A DNA stretch of 44,817 bases, from the IMG/VR virus record IMGVR_UViG_3300019487_000010, positions 1 to 44,817 of that record; one strand, 5' to 3'. The notes under the pieces were generated by a model. The model was not told where the DNA came from. It saw only the letters and a list, made by a program, of their open reading frames with translations, and did not search any database. Each line of letters begins with the position of its first letter. The stretch's first letter is position 1. Source of the stretch: a virus. A program made the position numbers and the translations under genes. This document shows positions 32,427 through 41,203 of the stretch, piece after piece.

Positions 32427-35263
32427 AGCTCAGACTCCTTCGCCGCGAGATCCTGAGGACTCTCATCAGGCACGTCGGTCAGCCCTCTGAGCAACTCGAT
32501 GAACGCGGAGCTCTTTACGTACCCGTGAGCTCGCTTACGGATGGCCCCGTGTCTGACGAGCGCTCCCACGAACTGGCGAGCCTCATCCAAGTCCATCTGG
32601 GTCCAGTCCAGAACGTCCGCTATCTTGAAGACCGTGGCCTCGAGCAAGAGGTCCCGCAGGCTCGCTGCGAACGGGGTGGCCAAGATCAACTTCTTGACGT
32701 ACTCTGGCTCACGAAGCACCTCGCTCTCGATGAACGCCTTGCTGTACGCCGCATACCCATGAGCCTTAGCGGAGTATACCTCATCGAGGTACTCGTGCAC
32801 CGCCGCCACGTGACACGGTCGCACCACGAGGGTGACCCCGTCCTCGGTTGAGAAGGTCAACGCCGCCATGGCAGCGGCCAACCGGGCCAGCTTCAGCCGC
32901 TGATCCGCAGGCTCCACGAGCGGGATCCGGCTCGAGTACCGGGTGCCCATGGTCTGGGCCGCTGTCAAGACCGCCTCGGTAGTGCCCTCCCCCATAGCCA
33001 CCTGGTGCTCCGTCCGAGACCACGCCCAGAGGACCAGCGCACGACAGAGGTCCGCCGTGTAACGGTGCTCCGCTCGAGGCCGCGCGGAGTCACGTAGGTG
33101 AATGACCTCTGGCGGAACATCCCCTGACGCGACCACCACCGCAAAGTCCAATCGTCGCACGTCCTCAAGGTTCCCGATCAGCTGACGCACCGCCTCCACC
33201 CCGAAGTTGTAGCTGGCGATCTGCCAATCCCGCCTGGGGTTGCTCACCCAGAGCAGCCGAGTACGAGCGTGGGTCTGCACCTTCTCGATCTTCGCCAAGG
33301 CCGCGATCCCGCTGGACCGCATGTCCGTCAGCTGAGCTATCACCTCCTCGCTCAGGCCCTTCACCTCCTCGAGGACCACGAGTCTCCGGTCATTCAGCGG
33401 GATCACGCCCCAGGACACGAACCACCGCTTACCGGTCTCCTGAAGGCCGCCCTTTAGCCCCGCCGCGCTGGCGCCCTTAGCGTCAACCTTCTCCCCGAGC
33501 CCGTAGTGCTGCATGAGGCAAGCGATGGTCTCGCTCTTCCCCTGTCCGGAGTCGCCCAAGATCAGAGCTTCGACCCAGCCCTTGCGAAGCCTTCCCTGAA
33601 AGGGGAGGTAACAGACGCTGTGGTAGGTCAGGTCCACCGCCATGTGCATGGCGGTGCGCTGGTAGATCCGCGTCACGTTGGTGCTAAGGTCCGAGTACCG
33701 CCGCTCGAGAGCCCGCTGAACACTCTTCTTGGTCCAGTGTTTGGGTCGCACCAGCGTGGTCAGGGCCGCTTGAAGCTCCTCAGAGAGGACAAACGTGGAA
33801 AGCGCGTCCCGCGTGGGCTCCATCTGGTAGGCGAGCAGGGTAGCGTACTGGGTACGGGGCTCCGGCACCACCTTCGCGGTCACCTTGTACGGGGTGTTGG
33901 TCTCTGTGCCGTGCCCGACCCTAAACGCGCGAACCACGACGTGGTCCGCTTCGTTGGCAGTCAGCTTCAGCTGCGGAATCAGCCGAAGCTCCTCGATGTT
34001 CTGGTTCTTCACCACCTTGAACCGGCACACGTCGCACCGCCGCGGTATGCTCGCGAGCCGCTTTAGAGGGTACTCCAGACGATCCGTGGGGCACCCGCAG
34101 AGCTCCAACACCCGGGCGCTGGTAGCGTCCACGGTGATGACCGCAGCGTCAGCGGGCAGGTTCATGACCGGGCACACCGCACAATAAGGCGTGTCTCGGC
34201 TGCACAGCACCTGCACCTCGGCGGGCACGATGAACGGAGCGGTGTCCTTAGCTGAGACCACCGTGTCCACCACGACGTGCTTGTAGGCCAACCTCGCGTG
34301 GCTGGCCTCGGAGAGGCCCACTGCGATAGGCGTAACGTTGGCCTCTGGCTCGGTATCCTTGTCGGAGAGGATCGGGGGCTCCCAGGCCGGAGCCTCCTCG
34401 AGAACCCTTTGAAAGTCCTCCACTGAGTGGTTCAACGCGATCAAGAAGTCGGTGACGTCCCCGTGCGGGTACTCCGCTGGGTCGATGGGCAGGAGCACGT
34501 TATGCACCCGCTTGGCGTAGCGGAAGAGCTCGCGACACCGCTTCGCGGCGTTCACCCTTCCTGCCTTGTCAACGTCATAGACCACGTGAACGACCTTGCC
34601 CTTGAAGAGGGGCGTCCACGAAGACGACCACGTTCCCGCTCCCCCGGTAACAGACAGAGCGTTGAGCCCCTGTTGGCGCAGGAGCAACGCCTTCAGCTCA
34701 CCCTCAGCGAGGATGACCTCGTTCTCACGAAGAGCCTCGATCGGGTACAGGCGAGGCCGGGTCTTCCCGCTCTCCAGCCTTGCGTTCACCACCTTGCGAG
34801 CCTTGTCCGTGGGAGACCACAGTCTCACCGCGACGATCGAGCCTTCGTGGTCAAAGACCGGGATCGAGATCCGCCCCGAGGTAGTCCCAAGCAGGTACTC
34901 CTTGGCCGTCGCGACCGTGATCCCCTTCCGCTCACGAAGCTCCTGCAAGAGAGGCCGGTGACGGAGTAGGGTGTTGTGCCACTGGCGGACCTCCTTGGGG
35001 TCAAAGGTGGCTTTGTGTCCGCCTTGCTCGAGGTGCTTCTTGACAACCGCCTGACTCTCACCCACGTGAGCAGCCAGGAGCTTGACCAGCGGCCCGCTCT
35101 CCCCACACGCGTGACAGGCAAACGCCCCTGAGTCCGTGTTGACGGAGCAGGACGGAGTCCAATCATCGTGGAAGGGACAGCAGACCAGCACCCACCCGTT
35201 TGCCTCTCGGCCGAGGTCAAACGTGTAGTTTCGTAGCACCTGGACTACGTCGAGCTCGCTCAT
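32423..35263 (-). CDS. DnaG-type primase (CHC2 zinc finger + TOPRIM) fused to an MCM-like AAA+ helicase
   Basis: Zinc finger CPFHDDWTPSCSV...ACHACG. TOPRIM VILAEGELKAL and VVYDVDKAG. MCM-like ILGDSGQGKS, KGASAAGLKGGL, LVVLEEVKGL, GIAALAKIEKVQTHARTRLLWVSNP, VRRLDFAVVV, plus an upstream Cys4 cluster. Confidence 0.8.
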   Translation of the reverse strand: MSELDVVQVLRNYTFDLGREANGWVLVCCPFHDDWTPSCSVNTDSGAFACHACGESGPLVKLLAAHVGESQAVVKKHLEQGGHKATFDPKEVRQWHNTLLRHRPLLQELRERKGITVATAKEYLLGTTSGRISIPVFDHEGSIVAVRLWSPTDKARKVVNARLESGKTRPRLYPIEALRENEVILAEGELKALLLRQQGLNALSVTGGAGTWSSSWTPLFKGKVVHVVYDVDKAGRVNAAKRCRELFRYAKRVHNVLLPIDPAEYPHGDVTDFLIALNHSVEDFQRVLEEAPAWEPPILSDKDTEPEANVTPIAVGLSEASHARLAYKHVVVDTVVSAKDTAPFIVPAEVQVLCSRDTPYCAVCPVMNLPADAAVITVDATSARVLELCGCPTDRLEYPLKRLASIPRRCDVCRFKVVKNQNIEELRLIPQLKLTANEADHVVVRAFRVGHGTETNTPYKVTAKVVPEPRTQYATLLAYQMEPTRDALSTFVLSEELQAALTTLVRPKHWTKKSVQRALERRYSDLSTNVTRIYQRTAMHMAVDLTYHSVCYLPFQGRLRKGWVEALILGDSGQGKSETIACLMQHYGLGEKVDAKGASAAGLKGGLQETGKRWFVSWGVIPLNDRRLVVLEEVKGLSEEVIAQLTDMRSSGIAALAKIEKVQTHARTRLLWVSNPRRDWQIASYNFGVEAVRQLIGNLEDVRRLDFAVVVASGDVPPEVIHLRDSARPRAEHRYTADLCRALVLWAWSRTEHQVAMGEGTTEAVLTAAQTMGTRYSSRIPLVEPADQRLKLARLAAAMAALTFSTEDGVTLVVRPCHVAAVHEYLDEVYSAKAHGYAAYSKAFIESEVLREPEYVKKLILATPFAASLRDLLLEATVFKIADVLDWTQMDLDEARQFVGALVRHGAIRKRAHGYVKSSAFIELLRGLTDVPDESPQDLAAKESEL

Positions 35264-35544
35264 ACCGTGGGCAGCCGCCTCAGTCGTTGCTGTCTCGTGT
35301 AGTACTCTCGCCGTTGTCTCGGGTCGGTCCAGTCCACGCCGGACTCGTTAGGACGACCCACTGGGCGAGCTACATGGTGCGGACACTCAGCACACGCGTC
35401 CTTGGGAAGCTCACACGTGACCCGGTGCTCGAGGAACTGAGAGCACCGGGCGTAACGATGACTACGGCTGGGCGTCCAATGCACGCACGTCGGGCAAGTC
35501 TCATGCCCGCGATCGTCGCACCCGCCCAGCGCGCAGTTCTTCAC
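35260..35544 (-). CDS. Cys/His-rich small protein (94 aa)
   Basis: Multiple C..C / C..H pairs; coupled ORF. Confidence 0.45.
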   Translation of the reverse strand: MKNCALGGCDDRGHETCPTCVHWTPSRSHRYARCSQFLEHRVTCELPKDACAECPHHVARPVGRPNESGVDWTDPRQRREYYTRQQRLRRLPTV

Positions 35545-35864
35545 GTAGGAACCTTGTAGGTATAGATCGCGAGCTCAAACCCGCTGAGAAGACTCGCGTG
35601 AGTTAGTGCCCCCGCGACCTTGTTCGGGTCTGCCACCACGTGGAGCCACCGAACCCACTCCTCTTCCGTCCAGCGGACGCCGCGAAGAGCCTTACGAGCC
35701 CCCTCGCGGGTGTGACCCTCGAGCTTCACCTGCGCCCAGCGGTAGAGGTCCCGTGCCTTCGAGAGGTGCTCATGGCACACCCACGTGCACGGGGCGCCTC
35801 CCTCCGACCAGGACCAAGGGGCGGGCGCTCCACAGCCCGCCCCTTGGCAGAGCTTAGAGCTCAC
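35541..35864 (-). CDS. Hypothetical protein (107 aa)
   Basis: Coupled ORF with a GTG start. Confidence 0.45.
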   Translation of the reverse strand: MSSKLCQGAGCGAPAPWSWSEGGAPCTWVCHEHLSKARDLYRWAQVKLEGHTREGARKALRGVRWTEEEWVRWLHVVADPNKVAGALTHASLLSGFELAIYTYKVPT

Positions 35865-36660
35865 CGGTCTCGTCCTTCCCCGCCTCCGCCTCGTCGAGGG
35901 CGTCCGCTTCCTCAGCCGGCGGCGGCTGGATTCGATCCTTCGCCTCCCGCAGGCCCTGGTGAGCCTTCTGGTAGGCGAGGAAGGTCGGCTGGTCGGTCAC
36001 CCAAGCGGGCTTCGCGTTCCGCAGGGAGAACGTCATGTACTTGTGACGCTCCGGGCCCTTGCTCTCGGTGAGAGTGGTGCTCACCACGTACCGGCCAGCG
36101 TACAGCGGGAACTTGCCCCGGAAGGTCGCCAGGCTGAGGAGCATCTTGCCCACGCGGTAGCCCGTGCGGGAGAACCCCAGCACGTACAGCTGGGTGAGCG
36201 GCGTGTCCTTCAGGTGGACCACGAAGTTCAGGTACGCGGTGACCGCGCGCACCTCCTTGGTGCCCTCGAGCCGACGCTCATCAGCGAGGCAACGCCGTGC
36301 GAGGGACCCGTGCGAATCACGTGAGCTCTCCTTGATCCCGAGCCCGGTGTCCTTGGGGTGCCACTCGATCCACTCCCGGTAGAACAACAGCGGGGTGAAC
36401 TCCTGCTCCTCGTCCCGGGTGAACACGACCTGGTTCGAGAGCGAATCCAACACGTCACCGCTGTCGGCGAGCCGGAGCTCCTCGACCTGCTTGGACTTCG
36501 CTTGCATGAGGATGAGCCGGGAGAAGATCAGGTCCTGTCCCGTGATCTCCTCGCGACCCTCCTCCGAGGGAGCGATGAAAGCCGGCGCTGCGTCCGTCTC
36601 CACTGGAGCCACGGGCAGGGCCTTGACCTTCTCGAGCCCTGTCTTCTCTTTCTTGCCCAT
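35854..36660 (-). CDS. Possible ssDNA-binding/annealing protein with an acidic C-terminal tail (268 aa)
   Basis: I chose the ATG at 36660, preceded by GAGGAGG. The acidic tail is PPPAEEADALDEAEAGKDETGEL, and the gene lies in the replication/recombination block. The functional call is weak. Confidence 0.35.
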   Translation of the reverse strand: MGKKEKTGLEKVKALPVAPVETDAAPAFIAPSEEGREEITGQDLIFSRLILMQAKSKQVEELRLADSGDVLDSLSNQVVFTRDEEQEFTPLLFYREWIEWHPKDTGLGIKESSRDSHGSLARRCLADERRLEGTKEVRAVTAYLNFVVHLKDTPLTQLYVLGFSRTGYRVGKMLLSLATFRGKFPLYAGRYVVSTTLTESKGPERHKYMTFSLRNAKPAWVTDQPTFLAYQKAHQGLREAKDRIQPPPAEEADALDEAEAGKDETGEL

Positions 36661-37166
36661 CACGGCCTCCTCGCTTTGGGGAGTCGCCTGACCTTCAGGC
36701 AGAGCTCCGAGTGCGGCTTCAGGTACCTTGGCGGGTTCTTTCCCCGCTCCTTCAGCTCTCGACAGACCGCTGCCAAGGAACGCATGTTCGGGACCAAGAC
36801 CTGCGGGTGTCTCCGCACCAACCACGCTCGAAACTTGACGTACTCCGGGCTGGCCTTTCCTGGCCCCGCCCAGTACTCGCGGCTGTCGATGGCGACGACG
36901 CACCCAGCGACCTTCAAGTCGAGAACGTCGCTCTCGAGCATGAGCATAGCCAGGGGCTCCTCGACCGCTCGCTGAGCGGCTCCCAGCATAGCTCCGAAGG
37001 CTTTCGCCCGCTGTCTGAGCAGGTGAAGCCTCGCTGCGACACTCGCCGCTTGCGCTATCTCCATGCCCCGCGTGAGCTCACCCGCGGGACCTACGAGGTC
37101 CGCGAGGTGGGCCGCGAGCTCCACGAACTGGACGCCTAACACGTCTAGGCGCTGAGCGAGACTCAT
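36660..37166 (-). CDS. Hypothetical helical protein (168 aa)
   Basis: I chose the ATG at 37166 (ATGA overlap). It is adjacent to the putative SSB. Confidence 0.45.
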   Translation of the reverse strand: MSLAQRLDVLGVQFVELAAHLADLVGPAGELTRGMEIAQAASVAARLHLLRQRAKAFGAMLGAAQRAVEEPLAMLMLESDVLDLKVAGCVVAIDSREYWAGPGKASPEYVKFRAWLVRRHPQVLVPNMRSLAAVCRELKERGKNPPRYLKPHSELCLKVRRLPKARRP

Positions 37167-37453
37167 ACCATGCGCTCCAGGTAGAGGTGCTTCCCGGCGT
37201 GGTAGATCAGCACCTTCACGGTAGCAGCTACCTCCCGAAACCGCTCCAGAGCGAGAGCGCACATAACGGGCGGCCCCGCCATGACGAGGTAGTCCTCGGC
37301 TCTTACTGGAGTCCGCGAGAGCTCCGTCTTCACGCGCTGAACCTCGAAGGGCGAGGGCTCCGGCGCGCCCAGCATGAACCGCACTGGGCCGAAGGTCTCC
37401 GCGTGCGAGAAGTCATGCCCCGTGTCTTTGGGAACCCAGACCGTCGCAGTCAC
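37163..37453 (-). CDS. Hypothetical protein (96 aa)
   Basis: Coupled ORF after the SNF2 gene. Confidence 0.45.
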   Translation of the reverse strand: MTATVWVPKDTGHDFSHAETFGPVRFMLGAPEPSPFEVQRVKTELSRTPVRAEDYLVMAGPPVMCALALERFREVAATVKVLIYHAGKHLYLERMV

Positions 37454-39393
37454 AGCACCGTCTCCCCGAGGAGCGAAGCCTTGAGGCTCTCCACGTTCTT
37501 GATCCCCTCACTGAGGTCCTTCTTCGCCCGCAGCCGCTCCAGCACGAACTCGTCCACGGTGCTCTCGCACACGTAGTCCCGGATAGTGACGGGCCACCGC
37601 AGGCCGATCCGGTGGCACCGATCCTCGCTCTGCTCTCGCTGCAGGAACGAAAAGCTGTTGGAGAAGTACACCACGGTAGAGCACCAGTGAGGCAGCTCCG
37701 CGTCCGCCTTCATGTACCGAGGCTCATTGTACGGGTACCCGAGCAAGGTGAGGCCAGTGCCCGCGCACTCCGGGTGCGCGATGAGCACCCGCACGTGAGG
37801 AGAGCAGTTGAAGGCGTTCTTCGCCTGCTCACGAGCGAGCTCGTTGTCCTGCCCCGTGAGGGTCACGTATGGCACCTTCGCCTTGCGAAGGGCCTCGCCG
37901 ATCGAGCGAACGTCCTCGATGAAGCGCGTCCACACGATCATCTTCTGATGGCTAGGCAGAGCGTCGAGGTCCTCAAGCAACTGCTGTACCTTCACGTCCC
38001 CGTCCGGGAGGCGGAAGATCTCGCCAGTGTCCGTGTTACGGACGAACCCGCTCGTGATCTGGCTGAGCCGCATGAGCTGAGCTATGTACGCTCGCGCCTC
38101 ACACTGACCGTCGTCGCCCAGGGACACGACGAACTCGTCCACCATGGCCTGGTAGGCAGCGCGTTGGTCCGCCCCCATGGGGAGGAGGACCTTCTGATAG
38201 ACCTTCTCGGGAAGATCCAAGCAGTCCCGCTTCCGGACGACAAAAGAGTGATCCGTGAACCGCTCCCTGAGCGCCTTGATGGCGGGATGGTTCGCCACGA
38301 GCGGGTCCGTGTCTAACCGCTTGAAGCCTGCGAAGACCGACTTGAACGCGTGGTACGTGTCGTATCCCAACACGCCGGGAGAGAGGAACTCGAACTGCGA
38401 CCACAGGTCAACGAGCGAGTTCCCCACGGGGGTGCCAGTCAAGATCCGCCGCGCCTTCGCCACCTCACCGACCTCACGAGCGGCCTTACTGCGGCGCTTG
38501 GAGGGATGCTTGACCTTCTGGGACTCGTCCAGGTACATGAAGTCCCACTGCCATGCGAGCAGGGCTTCCTTCTGGCTCTCGAGTCGCTCGTAGTTGGTCA
38601 CGACGACCTTGACATCGACCTTGGCACGGGCTCCCTCGACCAGGCGAGCGATCCCACGTGCTCCCAGGTACAAGCGATCCGCCCAGTAGGTCACGTCGGT
38701 GGGCATATGCTTCGGGAGCTCTTCCCGAAGCCAGTTCGCCACTACGCTCTTCGGACAGACGATCAACACGCGAAGCGGCCGAGGCCGCTTGACCTTCTTC
38801 CGCGCTACCTCCCAAAAGTAGCGCTGACGATCCCCCGTGGCAAAGAGGTCACCCTGACGTGCCTCTGGTGAGATCCATGGCTCTACCGTCGCCGCCATAG
38901 CGTGAGCGTGTTCCTCACGACGCTCCCTGACGGTCCAGGCGAGCTCATCGATGACTACCTTGGACTTCCCCGTGCCCTGCTCCATGAGCAGGGCGAAGAA
39001 CTCGGAGTCCTTCATACCCTGAAGGGCAGCTACCTGGTGGCGGTAGCACTCCGTGCGGGGCTGGTACTTGAGAGGCGGGAGCTCATCGTTGAAGAGGTAC
39101 CGCCAGCGGGCGTTGCTCTTGCGAGTAGCCAGCTCGCGAGTAGCCAGCTGGTAGTCGCGAACCAGCCGCGCGTCGTCGCTCCACTCGAGCTCTTCCTTCG
39201 AAAAGAGCTCACGAAGAGCGGAGACGTTCCGCTCGTGGAACGGAACCACCCAACCGGTGTGGGCTCGAGACCACCGACGGTCCGGTAGCTCTCGGCAACG
39301 ATCATGAAAACGGTCGAGGTCAGGGCAGGACCGGTGAGCCTTCACGAGGAAGGCTCGATCGGTGTGCGCCTCGACATGGCCGGCGTAGAGCAC
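37450..39393 (-). CDS. SNF2-family helicase/ATPase
   Basis: Motif I LLMEQGTGKSKV, motif II YLDESQKVKH, motif III LTGTPVGNSL, motif V HPECAGTGLTL, motif VI QSEDRCHRIG. GTG start with AGGAG 8 nt upstream. Confidence 0.85.
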   Translation of the reverse strand: MLYAGHVEAHTDRAFLVKAHRSCPDLDRFHDRCRELPDRRWSRAHTGWVVPFHERNVSALRELFSKEELEWSDDARLVRDYQLATRELATRKSNARWRYLFNDELPPLKYQPRTECYRHQVAALQGMKDSEFFALLMEQGTGKSKVVIDELAWTVRERREEHAHAMAATVEPWISPEARQGDLFATGDRQRYFWEVARKKVKRPRPLRVLIVCPKSVVANWLREELPKHMPTDVTYWADRLYLGARGIARLVEGARAKVDVKVVVTNYERLESQKEALLAWQWDFMYLDESQKVKHPSKRRSKAAREVGEVAKARRILTGTPVGNSLVDLWSQFEFLSPGVLGYDTYHAFKSVFAGFKRLDTDPLVANHPAIKALRERFTDHSFVVRKRDCLDLPEKVYQKVLLPMGADQRAAYQAMVDEFVVSLGDDGQCEARAYIAQLMRLSQITSGFVRNTDTGEIFRLPDGDVKVQQLLEDLDALPSHQKMIVWTRFIEDVRSIGEALRKAKVPYVTLTGQDNELAREQAKNAFNCSPHVRVLIAHPECAGTGLTLLGYPYNEPRYMKADAELPHWCSTVVYFSNSFSFLQREQSEDRCHRIGLRWPVTIRDYVCESTVDEFVLERLRAKKDLSEGIKNVESLKASLLGETVL

Positions 39394-39461
39394 TTGCTGA
39401 CTCCTGTTTGCTGTCTACTGTCGAGCAGAAAGGCTGCTGAACAGCCCCTCTACTGCCACGC

Positions 39462-39470
39462 ATTATACCA
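39462..39470 (-). promoter_or_regulatory. Extended -10 promoter TGGTATAAT (with TGTACA 16 nt upstream) for the replication operon
   Basis: Minus strand reads TGTACAAACGGCTTGTTCCTGGTATAAT, about 70 nt upstream of the SNF2 start. Confidence 0.55.
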
Positions 39471-39502
39471 GGAACAAGCCGTTTGTACATAGCCTAGATT
39501 TT

Positions 39503-39691
39503 CTACGGCAAAACCTCCACGAACAGGTTCACCGTCTGCCCGGGCTGAAGCCCCCAGTCGCTCGGGAACAAGAGCGCCCCGACCTCGCGGAGCGCCCCTC
39601 GCTCGTCTCGCTCCGCGAACGTCACCTGAAGGGCTCCTGGCTTCGGAGCCATCTGAACTCCGAACACGACCACCTTCACGCTCTGGTTCAT
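39503..39691 (-). CDS. Hypothetical small protein (62 aa)
   Basis: I chose the ATG at 39691. Its SD (AGGGGAG) lies inside the 3' arm of the palindromic element. Confidence 0.4.
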   Translation of the reverse strand: MNQSVKVVVFGVQMAPKPGALQVTFAERDERGALREVGALLFPSDWGLQPGQTVNLFVEVLP

Positions 39692-39695
39692 GGGC

Positions 39696-39817
39696 GGCTC
39701 CCCTGTATTCAAACTGCACAATTTGAAAAGTGGCTATGCCTGCGCGGGCGCGGGCGCGTGCCCGCCGGTGCGGGGCTCCCCTTTTGCACAAAAGTGCAGT
39801 TTGAATACAGGGGAGCC
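39696..39817. repeat. Palindromic element copy 2: 24-bp perfect terminal inverted repeats around a 74-nt spacer
   Basis: 39696-39719 is the exact reverse complement of 39794-39817. The arms are identical to copy 1, and the 37-nt core is inverted relative to copy 1. Confidence 0.9.
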
Positions 39818-39829
39818 TCCCAGAGCTTT

Positions 39830-40177
39830 TCAGGCCATCAAGAGTCGCAGAGCGACCTTGATCCCCTCTTCTCCGAGCGTCAAGAACGCCTCGATCACCC
39901 GATTGGCAGCGGCTTCCCGCTCCAAACGGGCCTTCCAGGCCTCTCGGGAGTTGGCCTTGCGCAACCTTCTCCGCTCCTCGAAGCCGAGACCGGAGAACGC
40001 GAGGGTGATTCGCGTCGCCTCCACCCCGTTCTTCCACCCCGCGAGGGCATCCTTCACCGCCTTCTGGCCCAGGAGGAGAACGTCGGGGGCGACCTCCTCC
40101 AACTTCTTCACGGCCAAAGTACCAAGCTCCCGCTCCGGGCCCTCCGGGAACTTCTCGCGCAAGTCTTGCAGATCCAC
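39830..40177 (-). CDS. Hypothetical helical protein (115 aa)
   Basis: Last ORF of the late block. Confidence 0.5.
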   Translation of the reverse strand: MDLQDLREKFPEGPERELGTLAVKKLEEVAPDVLLLGQKAVKDALAGWKNGVEATRITLAFSGLGFEERRRLRKANSREAWKARLEREAAANRVIEAFLTLGEEGIKVALRLLMA

Positions 40178-40452
40178 TAGTCCTCCTCCAGCCTCCGCTG
40201 TACGTCTTCAGGGATCGGGGTGCCGTCCGCCGAGAACCGAAGCACGCTCCAGTCGTCGTAGGCGTCTTGGGCGATCAACCGAGCCTCCAGCGGGAGCCGC
40301 AAGTCCTCCATGTGAGCCTTGTTCACCGCCTGGGCCGCCCGGATGAACTGGACATCCTCCGGCGAGTACGTCCGGCACCCCGACACGTAGACCGCCACCA
40401 CTAGGGCCACGAGCGCTACTACGAGCGCCAGCCAGGCTCCCCTCGTCCTCAC
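40177..40452 (-). CDS. Lipoprotein (o-spanin-like)
   Basis: Signal peptide MRTRGAWLALVVALVALVVAVYVSG|C with a lipobox-like VSGC. Confidence 0.6.
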   Translation of the reverse strand: MRTRGAWLALVVALVALVVAVYVSGCRTYSPEDVQFIRAAQAVNKAHMEDLRLPLEARLIAQDAYDDWSVLRFSADGTPIPEDVQRRLEED

Positions 40453-40865
40453 GGCTTCTCCTCCTTCTCCTCGTACACCGGCAGGTCACCCTTGGTGATC
40501 CGGCGAACCCGAGGGCGAAACTGCTCCTCGAGTCCTTCTGCGACCATTCGCCGCTCCACGGTGTTCTTCACTTCCTTCAGGGCCATAGCCCTCGCTCGAA
40601 GGAGCGTCTCGGTAGGCTTCTCACTGTCCCGGGCTCGCAAAAGCTTGTCCAGGGTCTCTTTGAGGTCCTCCTCGACCGCCCTAACGATGGCAGTGAGCTC
40701 TAGACCCGCTTCCTTGGCCTCCTTGGTGGCCTTGTGCTTCCCGAGCGCCTGCAGGAGAGCCACGATCGCACCCGCGATGGCGATGACTCCCGCACCTACG
40801 CCCTCGAAAGTCACCGGTGGTGACGCGGGCGGGGTGCTAGTCGCGCTCAAGAGCAGTAGCCACAT
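40449..40865 (-). CDS. Membrane-anchored coiled-coil protein (i-spanin-like)
   Basis: Hydrophobic segment GVGAGVIAIAGAIVALLQAL followed by a charged helical region. It overlaps the lipoprotein gene by 4 nt. Confidence 0.5.
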   Translation of the reverse strand: MWLLLLSATSTPPASPPVTFEGVGAGVIAIAGAIVALLQALGKHKATKEAKEAGLELTAIVRAVEEDLKETLDKLLRARDSEKPTETLLRARAMALKEVKNTVERRMVAEGLEEQFRPRVRRITKGDLPVYEEKEEKP

Positions 40866-40867
40866 CG

Positions 40868-41167
40868 CTAATCCTCCGAGTCCTCGGAAACGTCTACTAC
40901 GCCTCGTAGCTTCTCACGCACCCAGGTGCGAAACTGCCGAAGGGTCCCCACCTGCTCCTCGAGCTTGAGCAGGCGCTCCTCGTGCTCCTTCTCCTTGAAC
41001 AAGTCCACCGTCCTGGTGAGCGCCTCGAGCCTTTCCAGAACGTTGTCCAAGGTCCTCGTGACCCGGGTCAGTTCCCGGTTGAGCAGGGCACCGACCAAGG
41101 CGAGGAGCCCCAGGATCAGCACCCCACCTACGCTGAGAAGAGCGGTCTCCACGGTCATTGGACTCAT
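40868..41167 (-). CDS. Single-pass membrane protein with coiled coil (holin-like candidate)
   Basis: N-terminal TM ALLSVGGVLILGLLALVGALL, then a charged helix. Confidence 0.4.
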   Translation of the reverse strand: MSPMTVETALLSVGGVLILGLLALVGALLNRELTRVTRTLDNVLERLEALTRTVDLFKEKEHEERLLKLEEQVGTLRQFRTWVREKLRGVVDVSEDSED

Positions 41168-41203
41168 CTCCCCGCCACTGTCCCCGCGCCTCTCCCGCCT
41201 CGG

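Noticed and set aside
32455-32500. CUGAUGAG followed by an imperfect hairpin on the minus strand near the 3' end of the primase-helicase gene; also UGAUGA at the 29711 and 23203 gene junctions
   Set aside because: The hairpin is not followed by GAAA, and there are no stem I or III partners or cleavage triplet. The junction cases are just overlapping stop/start codons.
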